A stretch of DNA of 34,284 nt. Source: Octopus bimaculoides. Its lineage: Eukaryota. Below are positions 1 to 12,037 of this stretch, piece by piece. The stretch spans positions 29,124,879 to 29,159,162 of the forward strand of contig NC_069000.1 of NCBI RefSeq assembly GCF_001194135.2, in the 5' to 3' direction. Each line of letters starts with the position of its first letter. Positions within the stretch are counted from its first letter, which is position 1. The position numbers were made by a program, and so were the translations under genes. The notes under the pieces were generated by a model. It saw only the letters and a list, made by a program, of their open reading frames with translations. It was not told where the DNA came from and did no database searches.

Positions 1-180
1 ATGTGTCACCCGTACATGAGCCAGTCCAGGGGCACCGGCAACGATCCTGCTCGAAAGATTTCATGTGTCGCCCGCACATGAGCCAATCCGGGGGCACCGG
101 CAACGATCCCGCTCAAAAGATTTCATGTGTCGCCTGCACATGAGCCAGTCCAGGGGCACTGGCAACGATCTCGCTCGAAA
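1..180 (-). repeat. Three tandem 62-bp units, the repeat module of the family C/RTE 3'-tail element; truncated by the window start
   Basis: Units start at 1, 63 and 125 (ATGTGTCRCCYGYACATGAGCCARTCCRGGGGCACYGGCAACGATC...). The reverse complement aligns by eye with the ~65-bp modules at 1057-1150 and 23205-23370. Confidence 0.8.
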
Positions 181-204
181 ATCCTACGACGGTCCCACAC
201 ACAC

Positions 205-235
<31 letters not shown>

Positions 236-796
236 TTTATATGATATTTATGTATATATATGTAATATACTCATGTATTTCATGTGTGTGTGCGTGTGTG
301 CACGTGCACACTCTAAAACTGCATCTATAGGTGACCTAGGGCTGAATAACAACTGCAATTACCTACATACCTAACTGTACCACCCTATTACGTTCTGTCT
401 TCCATCTACCTAACTACCCACTGTCCACCTACTCAGATGGCAGTTATCATCTGGTAACCAAATACAGCTGCACTAGTGAGAGTGGAATATGTAAGTGGTT
501 CAGAATTACACAAGAATCCACCACCCTATTCACTACCCACCACACATACTCACACACAGAGACATATGATTATGTCCGCCCGAAATTCAACACCCTGTAT
601 ATCAGATATCTCAGGAACAGGAGAGAGAAGATATATATTTGGGTGGATGCATACAAGCAGATTTCAATCACGATTACAGGATATACATGACTGTGCACAC
701 GAAGTGATGATATGTATATAGTGTTCATCTATATGCATATCTATCTGTCTATCTAACAAACTTTCTATCTATCTGTCTAACCTTTTTGCACATACT

Positions 797-996
797 GGTT
801 TCAAATTTTGGCACAAGGCCAATAATTTTGGGGTCAGTAACAGTGATCATAGCATTTACTGGTACTATTTTATCAACCGCAAAAGGATGAAAGGCTAAGT
901 TGACCTTAACAGAGTTTGAAACTAGAACATAAAGACACTCAGAATGCTTCTAAGCATTTTGCTTGGTGTGCTAAAGATTTGCCAGCTTGCCACCTT
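797..996 (-). mobile_element. SINE family A, degenerate full-length copy
   Basis: Reverse complement matches the copies at 14912-15128 and 15161-15380 (GCTGGCA head, TTTGCCTTTCATCC core, GGCCTTGTGCCAAAATTTGAAACC tail). Confidence 0.8.
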
Positions 997-1009
997 CCTT
1001 TTTTCACAT

Positions 1010-1012
<3 letters not shown>

Positions 1013-1053
<41 letters not shown>
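1013..1053. repeat. (CA)n microsatellite
   Basis: Direct reading. Confidence 0.97.
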
Positions 1054-1056
<3 letters not shown>

Positions 1057-1320
1057 GACTGGCATCCATGCTGGTGAAACATAAAAAGTACCATTTGAGC
1101 CTGGTCGATGCCAGTGCTGCCTGACTGGCTTCCATGCCTGTGGCACATAAAAAGCTCCTACTACACTCTCAGAGTGGTTGGCATTAGGAAGGGCATCCAG
1201 CTGTAGAAACCTTGCCAGATCAGAGTGGAGCCTTGTGCAGTCTCCAGGCTTGCCAGCCCTCAGTCAAACCACCCAACCCATGCCAGCATGGAAAGTGGAC
1301 ATTAAACAATGATGATGATG
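1057..1320 (+). mobile_element. Family C element: RTE-type 3' tail (SINE or 5'-truncated LINE end) ending in (GAT)n
   Basis: AAAAAGCTCCTACTACACTCTCAGAGTGGTTGGCATTAGGAAGGGCATCCAGCTGTAGAAAC...GGACATTAAACAATGATGATGATG is closely similar to the 3' UTR of the RTE at 22618-23532. Confidence 0.85.
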
Positions 1321-1604
1321 GTATATAGACATATTACACACACATATCCTCCTCATTGTCATTATAGTTTTAAAGTCAACTTTTACATTGAAGCAGATTT
1401 TTTTATGTTTGAATGCTCTTCCTGTTGCCAACCCTCAACTATTTCAAAGCAAAGTAATATTTTCCAATGGCCACACAATGGTCTTCATAGAAGAAAAGAA
1501 ATGGGTGACATTGCTTATGTAATAGTGATGCTCATTTTGAACTCATTTATAACATAAGACAAGAGGACACATACACACAGACATATATATATATATATGC
1601 ATGT

Positions 1605-1606
<2 letters not shown>

Positions 1607-1666
<60 letters not shown>

Positions 1667-1691
1667 GTGTGTGTGTATCTGTGTGTGTGTG
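1607..1691. repeat. (TG)n microsatellite
   Basis: Direct reading. Confidence 0.97.
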
Positions 1692-1990
1692 AAGGCATGT
1701 GTAGTAGTAGTTAGGGTGTTGCACTCATGATCACAAGATCATTATTTCCATTTCCAGACCAGTCGTGCATTGTGTTCATGAGTGAAACACTTCACTCCAC
1801 ATTGTTCCAGTCCACTCAACTGTAAATGGGTAACCCTGCAACAGACTGGAGTCCTGTTTAGAAGGAAATGTTGGTTTGCCCACCCACCCAATGGTCTGAC
1901 AAAATTTGAAAGCTAAGACATTGCAAGGAAGGGCACTGGGACCAGTAGAGTATAACAACATCCTAGAGTCTGGTTGATATAATGATACAC
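1692..1990 (+). mobile_element. SINE family D (tRNA-like head, CCAGTCCACTCA(A/G)CTG core)
   Basis: Shares head and core with 19163-19318. The core resembles conserved central domains of SINE superfamilies, but I cannot assign which. Confidence 0.65.
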
Positions 1991-2302
1991 ACACAAACCC
2001 AAATAATATAATAATCTTCGTCCATCATTTTGACGATGTCCAAAAACATCACATGGGAGATGTATCATGGTGCATGTGGCTGTGGCCAATCAGGCCGATG
2101 CATACTTGGAAGGTTCTACCACAGGTTGGGCCCTGGTTGTCTGCTGGGAATGAAGGCAAGGAGTTGCTTTTGGACTTGTGCAGCTTACATTTTCTTTGTG
2201 CTCCTGCAATTCTGTTCTGTTCATAGGAGGTGGCATCTCTACTGGAGCAGCTATGCTAGACAGGGCATTCCTGTGCTTGTATTTCCCAATATACACACAC
2301 AA

Positions 2303-2462
2303 TGGAGTTCTTTCAGTTTTCATCAAACAAATCTACTCACCAAGCTTTTGTTAGCCTGGAGCTATAGAAGACACTTCCCAAAGGTGTTCCACAGTGGGAC
2401 TGAACCCAAACCACATGGCTGGGATGCAAACTTCTCAAACGCACAATCATGCATGCACCTAT
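2303..2462 (-). mobile_element. SINE family B, 5' half
   Basis: TTCTTTCAGTTT...CTATAGAAGACACTT...CAGTGGGACTGAACC is the reverse complement of the head of 15850-16277 and 19400-19799. Confidence 0.75.
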
Positions 2463-2658
2463 TAGGCATAAGTATGGCTGTGTGAGTAAGGAATTTTCTT
2501 TTCAACCATATAGGTCCAGTATTGTCTTAGGGAAGACAATTGTCCAGGGAAACTGAAAGAAGTTCAGATAGTCAGCCAGCTGGTCATCTTCTTGGCTTCT
2601 TTCATACATACATACATACATACATACACATGTATGTGCATGTGAGGATAATCTAGCA

Positions 2659-2694
<36 letters not shown>

Positions 2695-3550
2695 ACACAC
2701 ACACACACACATGAAACAAAACCAACATAAACCAACAAAACCATCATAAACTATAAATTCCTTGAACAATTCTAAACCTTATCTGTATCGATAATAGATA
2801 CTCAAAGGAGGACAACTCTTAAAATAATGAAAATACAAGATTCACACATAAATAAACTTAAATGTACCTGTCTGTACTCTAGAAGTAACAGCTGAGCAAT
2901 GACACGGCCGTCTGGTACAAAAATTATCACACATGCACAGGAAGGCATTGCATGACATTAGTTTTGGTGGGAAAAAAAGTTGAATACCTTTCAAAGGCAC
3001 CATGTATAATTAGAAAAAGATTTTTTAATGATGTTAACTATTTTTTTAAAAAATTCTTTTTTTTTAACAGAATGTTACTCATCTTTGTGGAAGAAATTTG
3101 TATATAGTGTGTATTTTACATCTAGTGTGTATTTTAAGTGTAAGTGCTTTCAATTTTCAACTTAACATATACATACATTTATGTATTCATGTACATGTAT
3201 ATATTTATGTGCATATACATACACATAACTATGTTGTTTGTATAAATATGTATAAGCAGGTGCATGACTGTAGATAGATAGACAGGTGCATACCTTTACA
3301 TCTGTATGACATGTGCCTAGGTATATTTATTTAATTACCAGTATACATTCATGTGTGTTCATGTATGTATTTGTGCATAGACATTCTGGTTTTTTGACTT
3401 TTATTTACCAGATCAAATATGAATGCCTTTCTTAATTATCAAGTGAAATACACAATTACTCATACAAACACACACACATATACACCACATAAATGCATAC
3501 AGACACAAACACACACATACATACAAACACACAGAAATATTTAAGAAATA

Positions 3551-3745
3551 TCATCATCATCTTTTAACATATACTTTTCTATGCTTGCATGGCTCAGATG
3601 GAATTTGTTGAGGCAGATGGCCAGATGCCTTTCAGGTATCCAAGCAAGGTAATATGCCCCAGGCATATTTTTCATAGAAGACTTGGGCTTGTATAATAGT
3701 GATGCTATTAGTGTCTACAATCATCACATGATGTCAAGGCAAGGG
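3551..3745 (-). mobile_element. SINE family H (family C-like tail)
   Basis: Matches 18881-19085 (TTAACATMTACTTTT...AATTTGTTGAGGCAGA...GAAGACT...TCAAGRCAAGGG). Confidence 0.7.
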
Positions 3746-4034
3746 TTCATGCAAGTACACATATGCACACATGCACATATTTAAACACGAGAGAAAGGAA
3801 ATGAAATTCACAGGATTCTTTATTTGCTACAATCGTTTTGACCCATTGTGCACTGGTACCTTGCAGGTGAGATGCTGTACAGATAATTGCGATACATCAT
3901 AGATGCTGATATATCTTCTCAGATGACTTGTCAAAAGGTAGCTCGTTTTTTTATTCACTGTTTCACTTATTTGCATAACAATCCATTTTAGTAGTTGTGG
4001 TGTGCTGTTCATCTACACAAGGAACTGATATATA

Positions 4035-5013
4035 TATCAGGTTGTTTGGAAAATACTGTCCTGTTCCGATTTTTTAAAAAACTTTTTCCAAATTTAAGAT
4101 GCTATTTTTGTAGTATTTTAGATGAAATTTTACATGCTTAATAATTTATGTGTAACCTTTAATGAATTTTTATTGATTTCTTTCAGAATATAATTTTGAA
4201 GCATAGAAATCCTTAATTTCAAACATGAAGAAAGAAGAAATACATTTACTTTTTTTGCATGAATTCAAGCTCGGGCAAAATGCTTCTCAAACAGTCACCA
4301 ATATCAACAGAGCATGAGGTAAAGGTTCCACTAGTGGTTGGACGGTATGATGGTGGTTTGAGAGATTCTGTGGTGGGAGTGAGAGCCTTGAAGATCAAGA
4401 ACATAACAGACATCCATCCACCCTAGATAATCAACATTTAAAAACAATATTCAAACAAAACCCACAACAAATTGTCAGAGAAGTGTTTCATATGCTTGGT
4501 GTCAGTGTTTCAACAGTATCAGATCATCTGAAGAAAATCGGCAAAGTGAAAGAACTTGATAAGTGTGTCCTGCATGACCTCAGGGAAAATCAAAGACTTT
4601 GGCATTTTGAAATGTGTTCGATGCTCTCTCTGCAAAACTCTAATGACCCATTTCTTGATCAAATAGTGACTTGTGATGAAAAGTGGATCCTTTATGACAA
4701 TCATAAATGATTGGGTCAGTGGCTTGATCGTGATGAAGCAGCCAAATATTTCCTGAAACCAAAGTTGTATCAGCAGAAGATTACATTGGAAGTTTACTGT
4801 AAGCAGCTGGAAGAAATGCATATTCACCTGAGCAAAATGAGACCTACACTTGTTAATTGGCATGGTCCAATTCTGCTCCACAACAACACTTGACTGCACG
4901 TTTCCAAGATAACACTGCAGAAGCTCACAGACTTGGGATACAAGACTTTACCAGACCCTCCATATTCTCCTGATCTTTCACCCACCGACTACCCCTTCTT
5001 CAAGCATTTAGAC
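4035..5013 (+). mobile_element. Mariner transposon, cecropia/Hsmar1-like; decayed, 3'-truncated, internally deleted
   Basis: ATG at 4225 gives MKKEEIHLLFLHEFKLG..., then GKVKELDK, DPFLDQIVTCDEKWILYDN, GPILLHNN and PPYSPDLSPTDYPFFKHLD, with in-frame stops. About 23 aa (MVTVWW...ETI in Hsmar1-type proteins) are missing. TATCAGGTTG TIR-like start near 4035; no right TIR. Confidence 0.92.
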
Positions 5014-5212
5014 AAAGGGGAAGAGCAAGGAAAAAAGAGAGAGTAGGAAACAGCAAAAGTGCAAGAGAGAGCAGGAGAGAGATGGTGGTGAAGTGCCAGG
5101 GTATACTCACAAGTAACAAGGATCAGAGAATAGATGGGATGGTAGAGTAAGGAAGAGAGAGATAAATGGTGGAAATTGCCAGGGCACGCCCTCAAGGTAC
5201 AGAGGTCATAAT
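5014..5212 (+). mobile_element. Family G interspersed repeat that truncates the mariner
   Basis: GAGAGCAGGAGAGAGATGGTG...GCCAGGGTATACTCACAAG...CCCTCAA matches 22165-22340. Confidence 0.7.
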
Positions 5213-5524
5213 ATACACAGCCAGGTATTGCCAAGGATGCTTGCGTAGGGAGTGGGGATTGCGGTGACAGGTGAAAACCTGGGTATAAAGATGGGGTAAG
5301 GGAAGGCAGCGATACAGTGAGCAGGGCAGGGATGGAGAGTGGGAGATAAGTGTATGAAGAGGAAATGTGAGGATGAAACAGATGTAGTTTAGAAGAGGAG
5401 ATATAGTTTACTTTCTTGGGGTAGGGTATATGGAAAGTTTATTATTACATGTGGGTAGGAGACAGCGTTTCTAGCACTCAATTTCTCTGATGTGGGTGGG
5501 TCTTCTCTAGAACCTCATATCACC

Positions 5525-6840
5525 ATATATCTCAGTCCATCATCATTTCCTCTGTGAGCCCTAACAGCCTGAGATTGGTCCTCACCATGTCTTCCTAGAT
5601 CTCCCTCTTCCACAGGTACCACTCACTTTCAGTGATAGGCACTTCTGTATGCAGCTGTCTTTACTAATATGCATCACATGTCCAAACCAGCACATTCTTC
5701 TCTCCTGCATGCCACATTTAATTCCTCTTGTGCCCAACTTTTCTCTCAACACATTTGCACTTTGTCATTCATGCACGCTGATGTTGCACATCCAGTGGAG
5801 CATATTACCTTCATTCCTCTCCAGTATGCATGTTCTCTGCATTCAGAGTATAACCATTCACAGACAAGCATCATACAATCTACCTTTCACTCTGAGAGAG
5901 AATTCTTTTGTTGCCAACAAAGGCAGCAGCTCTCTGAACTTCCTCCATCTTATTCTAGAAACAATACTTTCAGAGCATCCACTACTGTTACTAATTTGGT
6001 CACCTAAGTAGCAGAAATTATCTACTTCCCCAAGAGAGCCTTCTGGGCATAAGTTTCATGTGCTCTTAGTGCTTATTCCTCCTACACATCTGCCACACAC
6101 AAAAGCGATCTTATCTGTTAATCTATCTGTAATTCCCCTGCATTTGTGTCCATAGCTTATTCTGGGTGCAGTGAATAGAATTACTTCCCACTCCTTTTCT
6201 ACATATTGAACAGGGTCATTTACCTGATGGAAAGGGAGTCTTATCTGCTTTCTTGCTAAAAACAACTTTGGTCTTTGCTAGGTTAAGTTTAAGGCCCTTT
6301 GATTCCAGGTTTTGCTTCCATACCTGGAACTTGTCCAATTCTGCAATAAGAGTGAGGTCATCAGCATATAGCAGTTCTCATAGGTATCCAGTTTTGAATT
6401 CCTGTTATGGCCCGGAGGACTATGATGAATAAGAGTGGACTATGAACCCCAACTTGTATGCTAAATTCATCACTGTATTCGTGGTCAACTCTCACCTTAC
6501 TGACAGCACCACTGAACATGGCTTCTTTGGCTCTAACAAGCCACTTCTCTACTCCTAGCTTTCTGAGAGACCACCAGATAACAGAGAAGGGAACTCTGTT
6601 GAAAGCTTTCTCCAGGTCAACGAAAGCTAAGTACAATGGTTTACTTTTGGCCAAACACTTTTCTTAAAACTGTCTCACTAGGAAGACAGCATCTGTGGTA
6701 CTTTCCCCAGGAACAAAACCAAACTGCATCTCACCTAGTTTAATTTTATTACTAATTAATTGAGCTATAACTCCCTCTGTAACTTTCATGACCTGGACCA
6801 GCAGTTTGATACTTCTGTAGTCATTTGTATCTAAAGCATT
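5525..6840 (-). mobile_element. RTE-clade LINE, decayed RT and C-terminal region
   Basis: Minus-strand motifs MQFGFVPGESTTDAVFLVRQ, PLYLAFVDLEKAFNRVP and LLYADDLTLIAE. The 5850-5900 segment matches 22615-22680. Confidence 0.93.
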
Positions 6841-6930
6841 ATACACACACACTCACACACACACTCACACACACACTCACACACACACACACACACACAA
6901 ACAAACACACACACACACAAACACTCACAC
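6841..6930. repeat. (CA)n/(CACACT)n compound microsatellite
   Basis: Direct reading. Confidence 0.95.
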
Positions 6931-6942
6931 ACATTTATATAT

Positions 6943-7012
6943 ATGACAGGCTTTTAAAAAAATTTTCATGCTTTGGTTGGCTGAGTGCTATAGCAGAAGA
7001 TGCTTGCCCAAG
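6943..7012 (-). mobile_element. SINE family B fragment running into a gap
   Basis: GCTTTGGTTGGCTGAGTGCTATAGCAGAAGATGCTTGCCCAAG matches family B on the minus strand. Confidence 0.65.
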
Positions 7013-7396
7013 NNNNNNNNNNNNNNNNNNNNNNNNNNNNNNNNNNNNNNNNNNNNNNNNNNNNNNNNNNNNNNNNNNNNNNNNNNNNNNNNNNNNNNNN
7101 NNNNNNNNNNNNNNNNNNNNNNNNNNNNNNNNNNNNNNNNNNNNNNNNNNNNNNNNNNNNNNNNNNNNNNNNNNNNNNNNNNNNNNNNNNNNNNNNNNNN
7201 NNNNNNNNNNNNNNNNNNNNNNNNNNNNNNNNNNNNNNNNNNNNNNNNNNNNNNNNNNNNNNNNNNNNNNNNNNNNNNNNNNNNNNNNNNNNNNNNNNNN
7301 NNNNNNNNNNNNNNNTGTAATTTGAAATGTGAATAAGCTTGTGCATTTATATGTGTATATACATGTATTTTTTGTGCATGTATATGTGTGTGTACA

Positions 7397-7431
<35 letters not shown>

Positions 7432-7835
7432 ATATATATGTGTATTCAAGATGGTAAAGGGGGTGAAATTAGGGTATAGCTGGGTGCAAAGTAACACATT
7501 TCTTACTACTTTGCCCATTGTTTCTTTGAATCCCTTTCCAGCCTATCCCATTTGCTTTTCATTGGGATATCCATGCCCATCCTATTATTATTTTGAGCAA
7601 TTAATTTATGTATTTTGACAGATGACATGAAACAAAAAGATAAAAACAAAAAAGAAAATATTTTTTTAAAAATCTAAATCCCAAATTAGAATTGATTCAA
7701 TAATTGCAGATCACAAATCATTATATGATGATGTTGATGATGATCATGATTTTCCAACCCACACATTTGAATAAAGAGCAGGTTAGGGTAGTGGTGCTTT
7801 TCAAACCCCTTAGTTTTATTTTGTGTGTTTGTGTG

Positions 7836-7990
7836 TGTTGTTTAGTCTTGATTGGGCAAATCTATGATGAAAGGCTTTCTAGTCATGACCATCCAGTTAT
7901 TTTGCATATGTAACATTACATCAGTGTCCTTTTTTTTAAGACAGTAGAGTATGATTTGAAAAATATTTGGTTGTTATTTCTAGCATATTG
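7836..7990 (-). mobile_element. SINE family F, degenerate
   Basis: Reverse complement resembles 16940-17130 and 27230-27330 (ATGATGAAAGGC...CATGACCATCC...GATTTG...GTTGTTATTTCTAGC). Confidence 0.5.
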
Positions 7991-8511
7991 CCTGACTGCA
8001 TAGGATCTGTTGTTGATATGTTACTTTGTACATGTACTATACCTGATTTGATGTGATCTGTGTGTGTGTGTCGCATGTGTAGCAACTTGCATCTCGCATC
8101 GTATTTCTTCTAAAATACTCCAGCAGATAAAAGATGAAAGATGTTCCAACTGTGATTGTCCAGTCCTATATTTCTGATATAGTGTATTGAGGAATACATT
8201 ATCCTTTGTTTGTTTTCTCTCTCTCTTTATTTTTTTCAAAGCTATTAAGATATAATTTGAATGAGATTTCGCTGCTAATTCTAGCAGGACACACAATTAT
8301 ATAGATGCTATAATTTGATTATGTTTCTTGCAAGAATTGATAACTGCATAAAAATAGAAGTATAGCAAAATATTGAAGCTTTAAATGCAGGCTTCTTGCA
8401 CCCTAAGGTCATGGGCATTGCTCTAATGCCTATTACTAATATGTGTGTGGAGGAAGGGGTATTAATGATTGCTTTTATGATCTTTTGTACCATCGACATG
8501 ATCTTTTGTGC

Positions 8512-9717
8512 ATGCAGATCCAGGAGAAGAACTGGGAGCAGCAGAAACCTGTCTTTTTCATCTTCTACGACTTAGAAAAAGCTTTCGACAGTGTCCCAAG
8601 AGAGGTCATGTGGGATATCCTACATCGTTACGGTTGTCCTGGAGGCTTCATTTCACTGATCAAGAGTTTCCATGATGACATGAGGGGAAGAGTCCTTTAT
8701 CAGACTGACATCTCTGAAGAATTCAAGATCACCTGTGGCCTGAAGCAGGGATGTGTTCTTGCTCCAACCCTGTTTTCTCTCTACATCGCTGCCATGCTCT
8801 CCGAAATTCCAACAGACAACCCCAGAGTGGAACTCAGATGTAGATTTGATGGTGGACTTTTCAACATCGCGCGTTTTCAATCAAGACGTCACTGTCGAGA
8901 GCACAAGATCACTGAGCTTCAATACGCTGATGATAATGCAGCCCCAGCTTCAACTGCAGAGGACCTCCAAACCTCAACAAACAACTTCAGCAGAGCTTAT
9001 CAAACCTTCGGCCTGAAAGTGAACATCGCCAAAACCAAAATGCTCACTCAACCAGCTCCACGTACCAACCTTGACAGCCCCAACATCACCATCAACAACC
9101 AATCAATTGAGGTCGTCGAGGATTTCTGCTATCTTGGAAGTTTTCTGTCACTCACTGCAGGATCTGGTAAGGATATCGAACATCGCATCCAATCAGGTCA
9201 TGCCTTTTTTGGTCGTCTCAAAACGAGGGTCTTTTGCAACAAGGATCTGGCATTTAAAATGAAGCTCATGGTCTATCGGGCTGTTGTATAAACTCTACTG
9301 TACGGGTGTGAAACCTGGACTGTTTACAATAAGGACATGAAGAAACTAGAGCGCTTCCATCAATCCAAACTTCGCTCTATCCTGAACATCAATTGGGAAG
9401 ATCGCATCACCAACAACTCTGTGCTTCAAAGATCAGGTCTCCTGAGCATCAAAGCCTTGATCATTGAACATCGTCTCCAATGGTCAGGTCACGTCTGTCG
9501 GATGAATGAACATCGCCTTCGCAAGATCTGTCTCTACAGTGAACTGTCTGAAGGAAAACATCCTCGTGGAGCCCCCTTGAAGCGGTACAAGGACCAACTC
9601 AAATCAACCCTGAAAAGCACCAACATCGACCCCACACATTGGGAAGATATCTCGGCAAACAGACCCCTCTGGAGACACACCAACAGAACGGGTTCTGCGG
9701 ACTTAGAAAAAGCCTGA
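8512..9717 (+). pseudogene. Reverse transcriptase ORF of the RTE LINE; single frame broken by TAA at 9289-9291
   Basis: ORFs 8443-9291 and 9337-9717 are in the same frame; RT homology starts near 8512. Confidence 0.9.
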
Positions 9718-9918
9718 GTCGCAAGAGCTGAACTCAAGAGACAAGAGAGAAAGCAGTGCCTTCTCCTTCCCAAACCAGCTCTTCTATCCCTTGTTCACAA
9801 TATCCCTGTATGTTTCATGCAACATCTGCGGAGCTATCTGCGGTTCAAACATCCAGGAAAATGAACTGGATTGCAAGCTCAGAAACATGAGACGTAGCCA
9901 ACTACTATTACTACTACT
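8512..9918 (+). mobile_element. RTE-clade (BovB-like) LINE, 5'-truncated, with (CTA)n tail
   Basis: RT region QIQEK...FYDLEKAFDSVPRE...GLKQGCVLAPTLFSLYIAAML...LQYADD, then LYGCETW and WSGHVCRM. Zinc-finger-like remnant CNICGAIC near 9815. Tail CTACTATTACTACTACT at ~9902-9918. Confidence 0.95.
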
Positions 9919-10236
9919 ATGTTGTTGAGTGAACCCTCGTGTTCCTGCTTGACATGTTGGTATAGTACTGATGAGCTCTTCTCTTCCTTGAATTCCCTCC
10001 AATGCTCATTAACCCTCTCTCCTATGCTACATGCTGTCGTGTCTACGTGTGTCATTGTCTTGTTTCTGCACTGTCTCTCAGTACATCTTATTCTATAGAC
10101 TATGTTCCTAGCTTTACAGTTTGTTTGTGGGCTTATTCTACACACCATACAGTTCTTATCAGTACAGGGGCTTCTATTAAAAGGTTGGGTTCTACCGATT
10201 AGGGATTTGATAAGGTTACCTAGCCTTTCTACAACT
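9919..10236 (-). mobile_element. Penelope-like element fragment (GIY-YIG endonuclease)
   Basis: ORF 9879-10307(-) contains CTDKNCMVC...NCKARNIVYRIRC...C...HVDTTACSIGERVNEH...SSVLYQHVKQEHEG. This fits the Cys-rich linker and the VY-I-C...R..EH...H..H pattern of PLE endonucleases. Confidence 0.8.
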
Positions 10237-10582
10237 ACTTTCCTTGCTAGCATAGGTAAGACAGTTTGACTGGAACAGGTAAGCAGGAGAGCTGCACCAG
10301 ATTCCAATCTAATTTGGCGCGATTTCTATGTCTGGATGCTATTCCTAACGCCAACCACTCCAAGAGTGCAATAGGTGCTTTTTACATCCCACTGGCATGG
10401 GTGCCATTTACATGACAGCAGTAATGGCTATGACTACGATTTCACAGGTGCAATTTAAATGGCAGTGGCAATGGCCTCAACTACGATTTCACCTGGCTTA
10501 ACAAGTCTTCTCAAGCACATATTGCCAAAGGTCTGTCACTTGTCATCGCACCCATGAGGCCCAACATTTGAAGATCATGCTA
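10237..10582 (-). mobile_element. 3' end of RTE LINE (ORF end plus family C tail)
   Basis: CTGGATGCTATTCCTAACGCCAACCACTCC and CACTTGTCATCGCACCCATGAGGCCCAACATTTGAAGATCATGCT are reverse complements of 23385-23420 and 22965-23012. Confidence 0.85.
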
Positions 10583-11075
10583 CTGGCTACAAGATTATAC
10601 ACAATAAAGATGAGAAGAGATGATTAGGATATGATTGCCTAAGTAGAGGTGGCACGAGCCCATGTTCTGAGGAGTAGGAGCCATTATAGTTGCTGTAGAA
10701 AGACAGAGAGATGAAACAGTGTGCTTGTGGATTAAAGGCTGGAACATTTCTGTGAGTGACTTTATAACATTCACCTAGAAAGCTCATTTCTGAAAGTGAT
10801 CTAAGAATGTTGGTGCGTGTAGCAATGATACCATCTTGGGTGAGAGAGCAATGCTCTATTGTAGGTCCTGGGCTCATCAGAACATTGATAGCTGTTGGGG
10901 GCTGAAGTATCTTCTGGTCCTGAAGATAACAGCCAGTCATAGGGTAACAGTCCTAGATATGTTAAAGATAAGCTTTCACTGAGGGACCCAGTAATAGACC
11001 CAACAACTGGAGTGAGTGTGAGGACTCTAGCTGAGTGTGACTCATGATTAAGAGAAATGTAGTGTGATGATATGT

Positions 11076-11078
<3 letters not shown>

Positions 11079-11134
<56 letters not shown>
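11079..11134. repeat. (TA)n microsatellite
   Basis: Direct reading. Confidence 0.97.
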
Positions 11135-11136
<2 letters not shown>

Positions 11137-11747
11137 TGGCATATATGGAAATAAGGCCTTACAGCCAGGATACAAGATTTCATAAGCACAGGGAGAAATA
11201 ATGATGTTGCACACGCAACAGCCGCCCAAGAAAGAAAGGTCAAGCTTAGCCGAACACCGGTCACATGGGAAGAGAAGAGAGAGAGGTAGAGGCAGGGGAA
11301 TAGAAGAATTAAGGAGGGGCAAGAAAAATTGAAAGAGACACAGTGAAGTGAAAGAGGAGGGAAAGTGAGCATGAAGAGAAGGCGAGGAAATATAAGAGAG
11401 GGGGAATGAAAGAACGAAGAGTGAAATGAATGAAGTGTGAAAGGGCTGATAGAAAGAAGGAAAGAATGAAAGAATACAAAGAATAATAGAGTCGTACAAA
11501 ATTTATATATATACACTTGCATATAAGAGACCATACACCACTATATTTCATATATAAAAAATACAAAAATGGAACGAGAACGCAAAACATCCAGACAGTT
11601 AGGTGATACAAAAAAAGGACAAAATATCCAGACAGACGATACGAAGAGAACATGGGTCATTCAGAGTTTTCTATCCTCAGTCAAGTTCCAGATTATCTTT
11701 GCAACACATATACATACATACATACATACATACATACTGCATACATG

Positions 11748-11789
<42 letters not shown>

Positions 11790-12037
11790 CACACATATAC
11801 TCACACCCATATAGACGTACACTAGAATATAAACAAGTGGATACAGAAAATCAAAGGGAAGACCCATTTGGCAAGGTTGATAAGTGCAGGAAGAAGAAAA
11901 GAAAGAATGTATATAAGAAGAGGGAAGGTGGCAGTAGGCATGTAAGAGTAGGAAAACCAAGCAGTGTTCAGTTATAGGGAGGAGTTAATTGACAATGTAA
12001 TTTAGTATTACTGTTGTTAGAGTTTCATTTTCATCAT

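Noticed and set aside
1-180. CRISPR-like array
   Set aside because: The units are contiguous with no unique spacers, they are homologous to the RTE tail module, and the context is eukaryotic.
570-601. Tc1-like TIR (...AATTCAACACCCTGTATA)
   Set aside because: I could not find a partner TIR or transposase remnant.
3820-4015. 61-aa minus-strand ORF with AG/GT-like borders
   Set aside because: No recognisable domain, a weak donor, and an end resembling a Penelope-type terminal repeat. Too weak to call either way.
4225-5013. Domesticated SETMAR-like gene
   Set aside because: It has multiple stops, an internal deletion and a 3' truncation, and no SET domain.
6825-7518. ORFs spanning N gaps (also 14285-14997, 17889-18239, 25092-25472)
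   Set aside because: They are open only because N codons contain no stops.
8443-9291. 282-aa ORF as a host gene or a retron/group II intron/DGR RT
   Set aside because: The motifs, C-terminal region and tail are those of an RTE LINE. The first ~23 codons are unrelated flank.
10801-11653. Long hydrophobic ORFs (232, 190 and 114 aa)
   Set aside because: They read through (TA)n and the complement of a GA-rich low-complexity tract, with no domain pattern.
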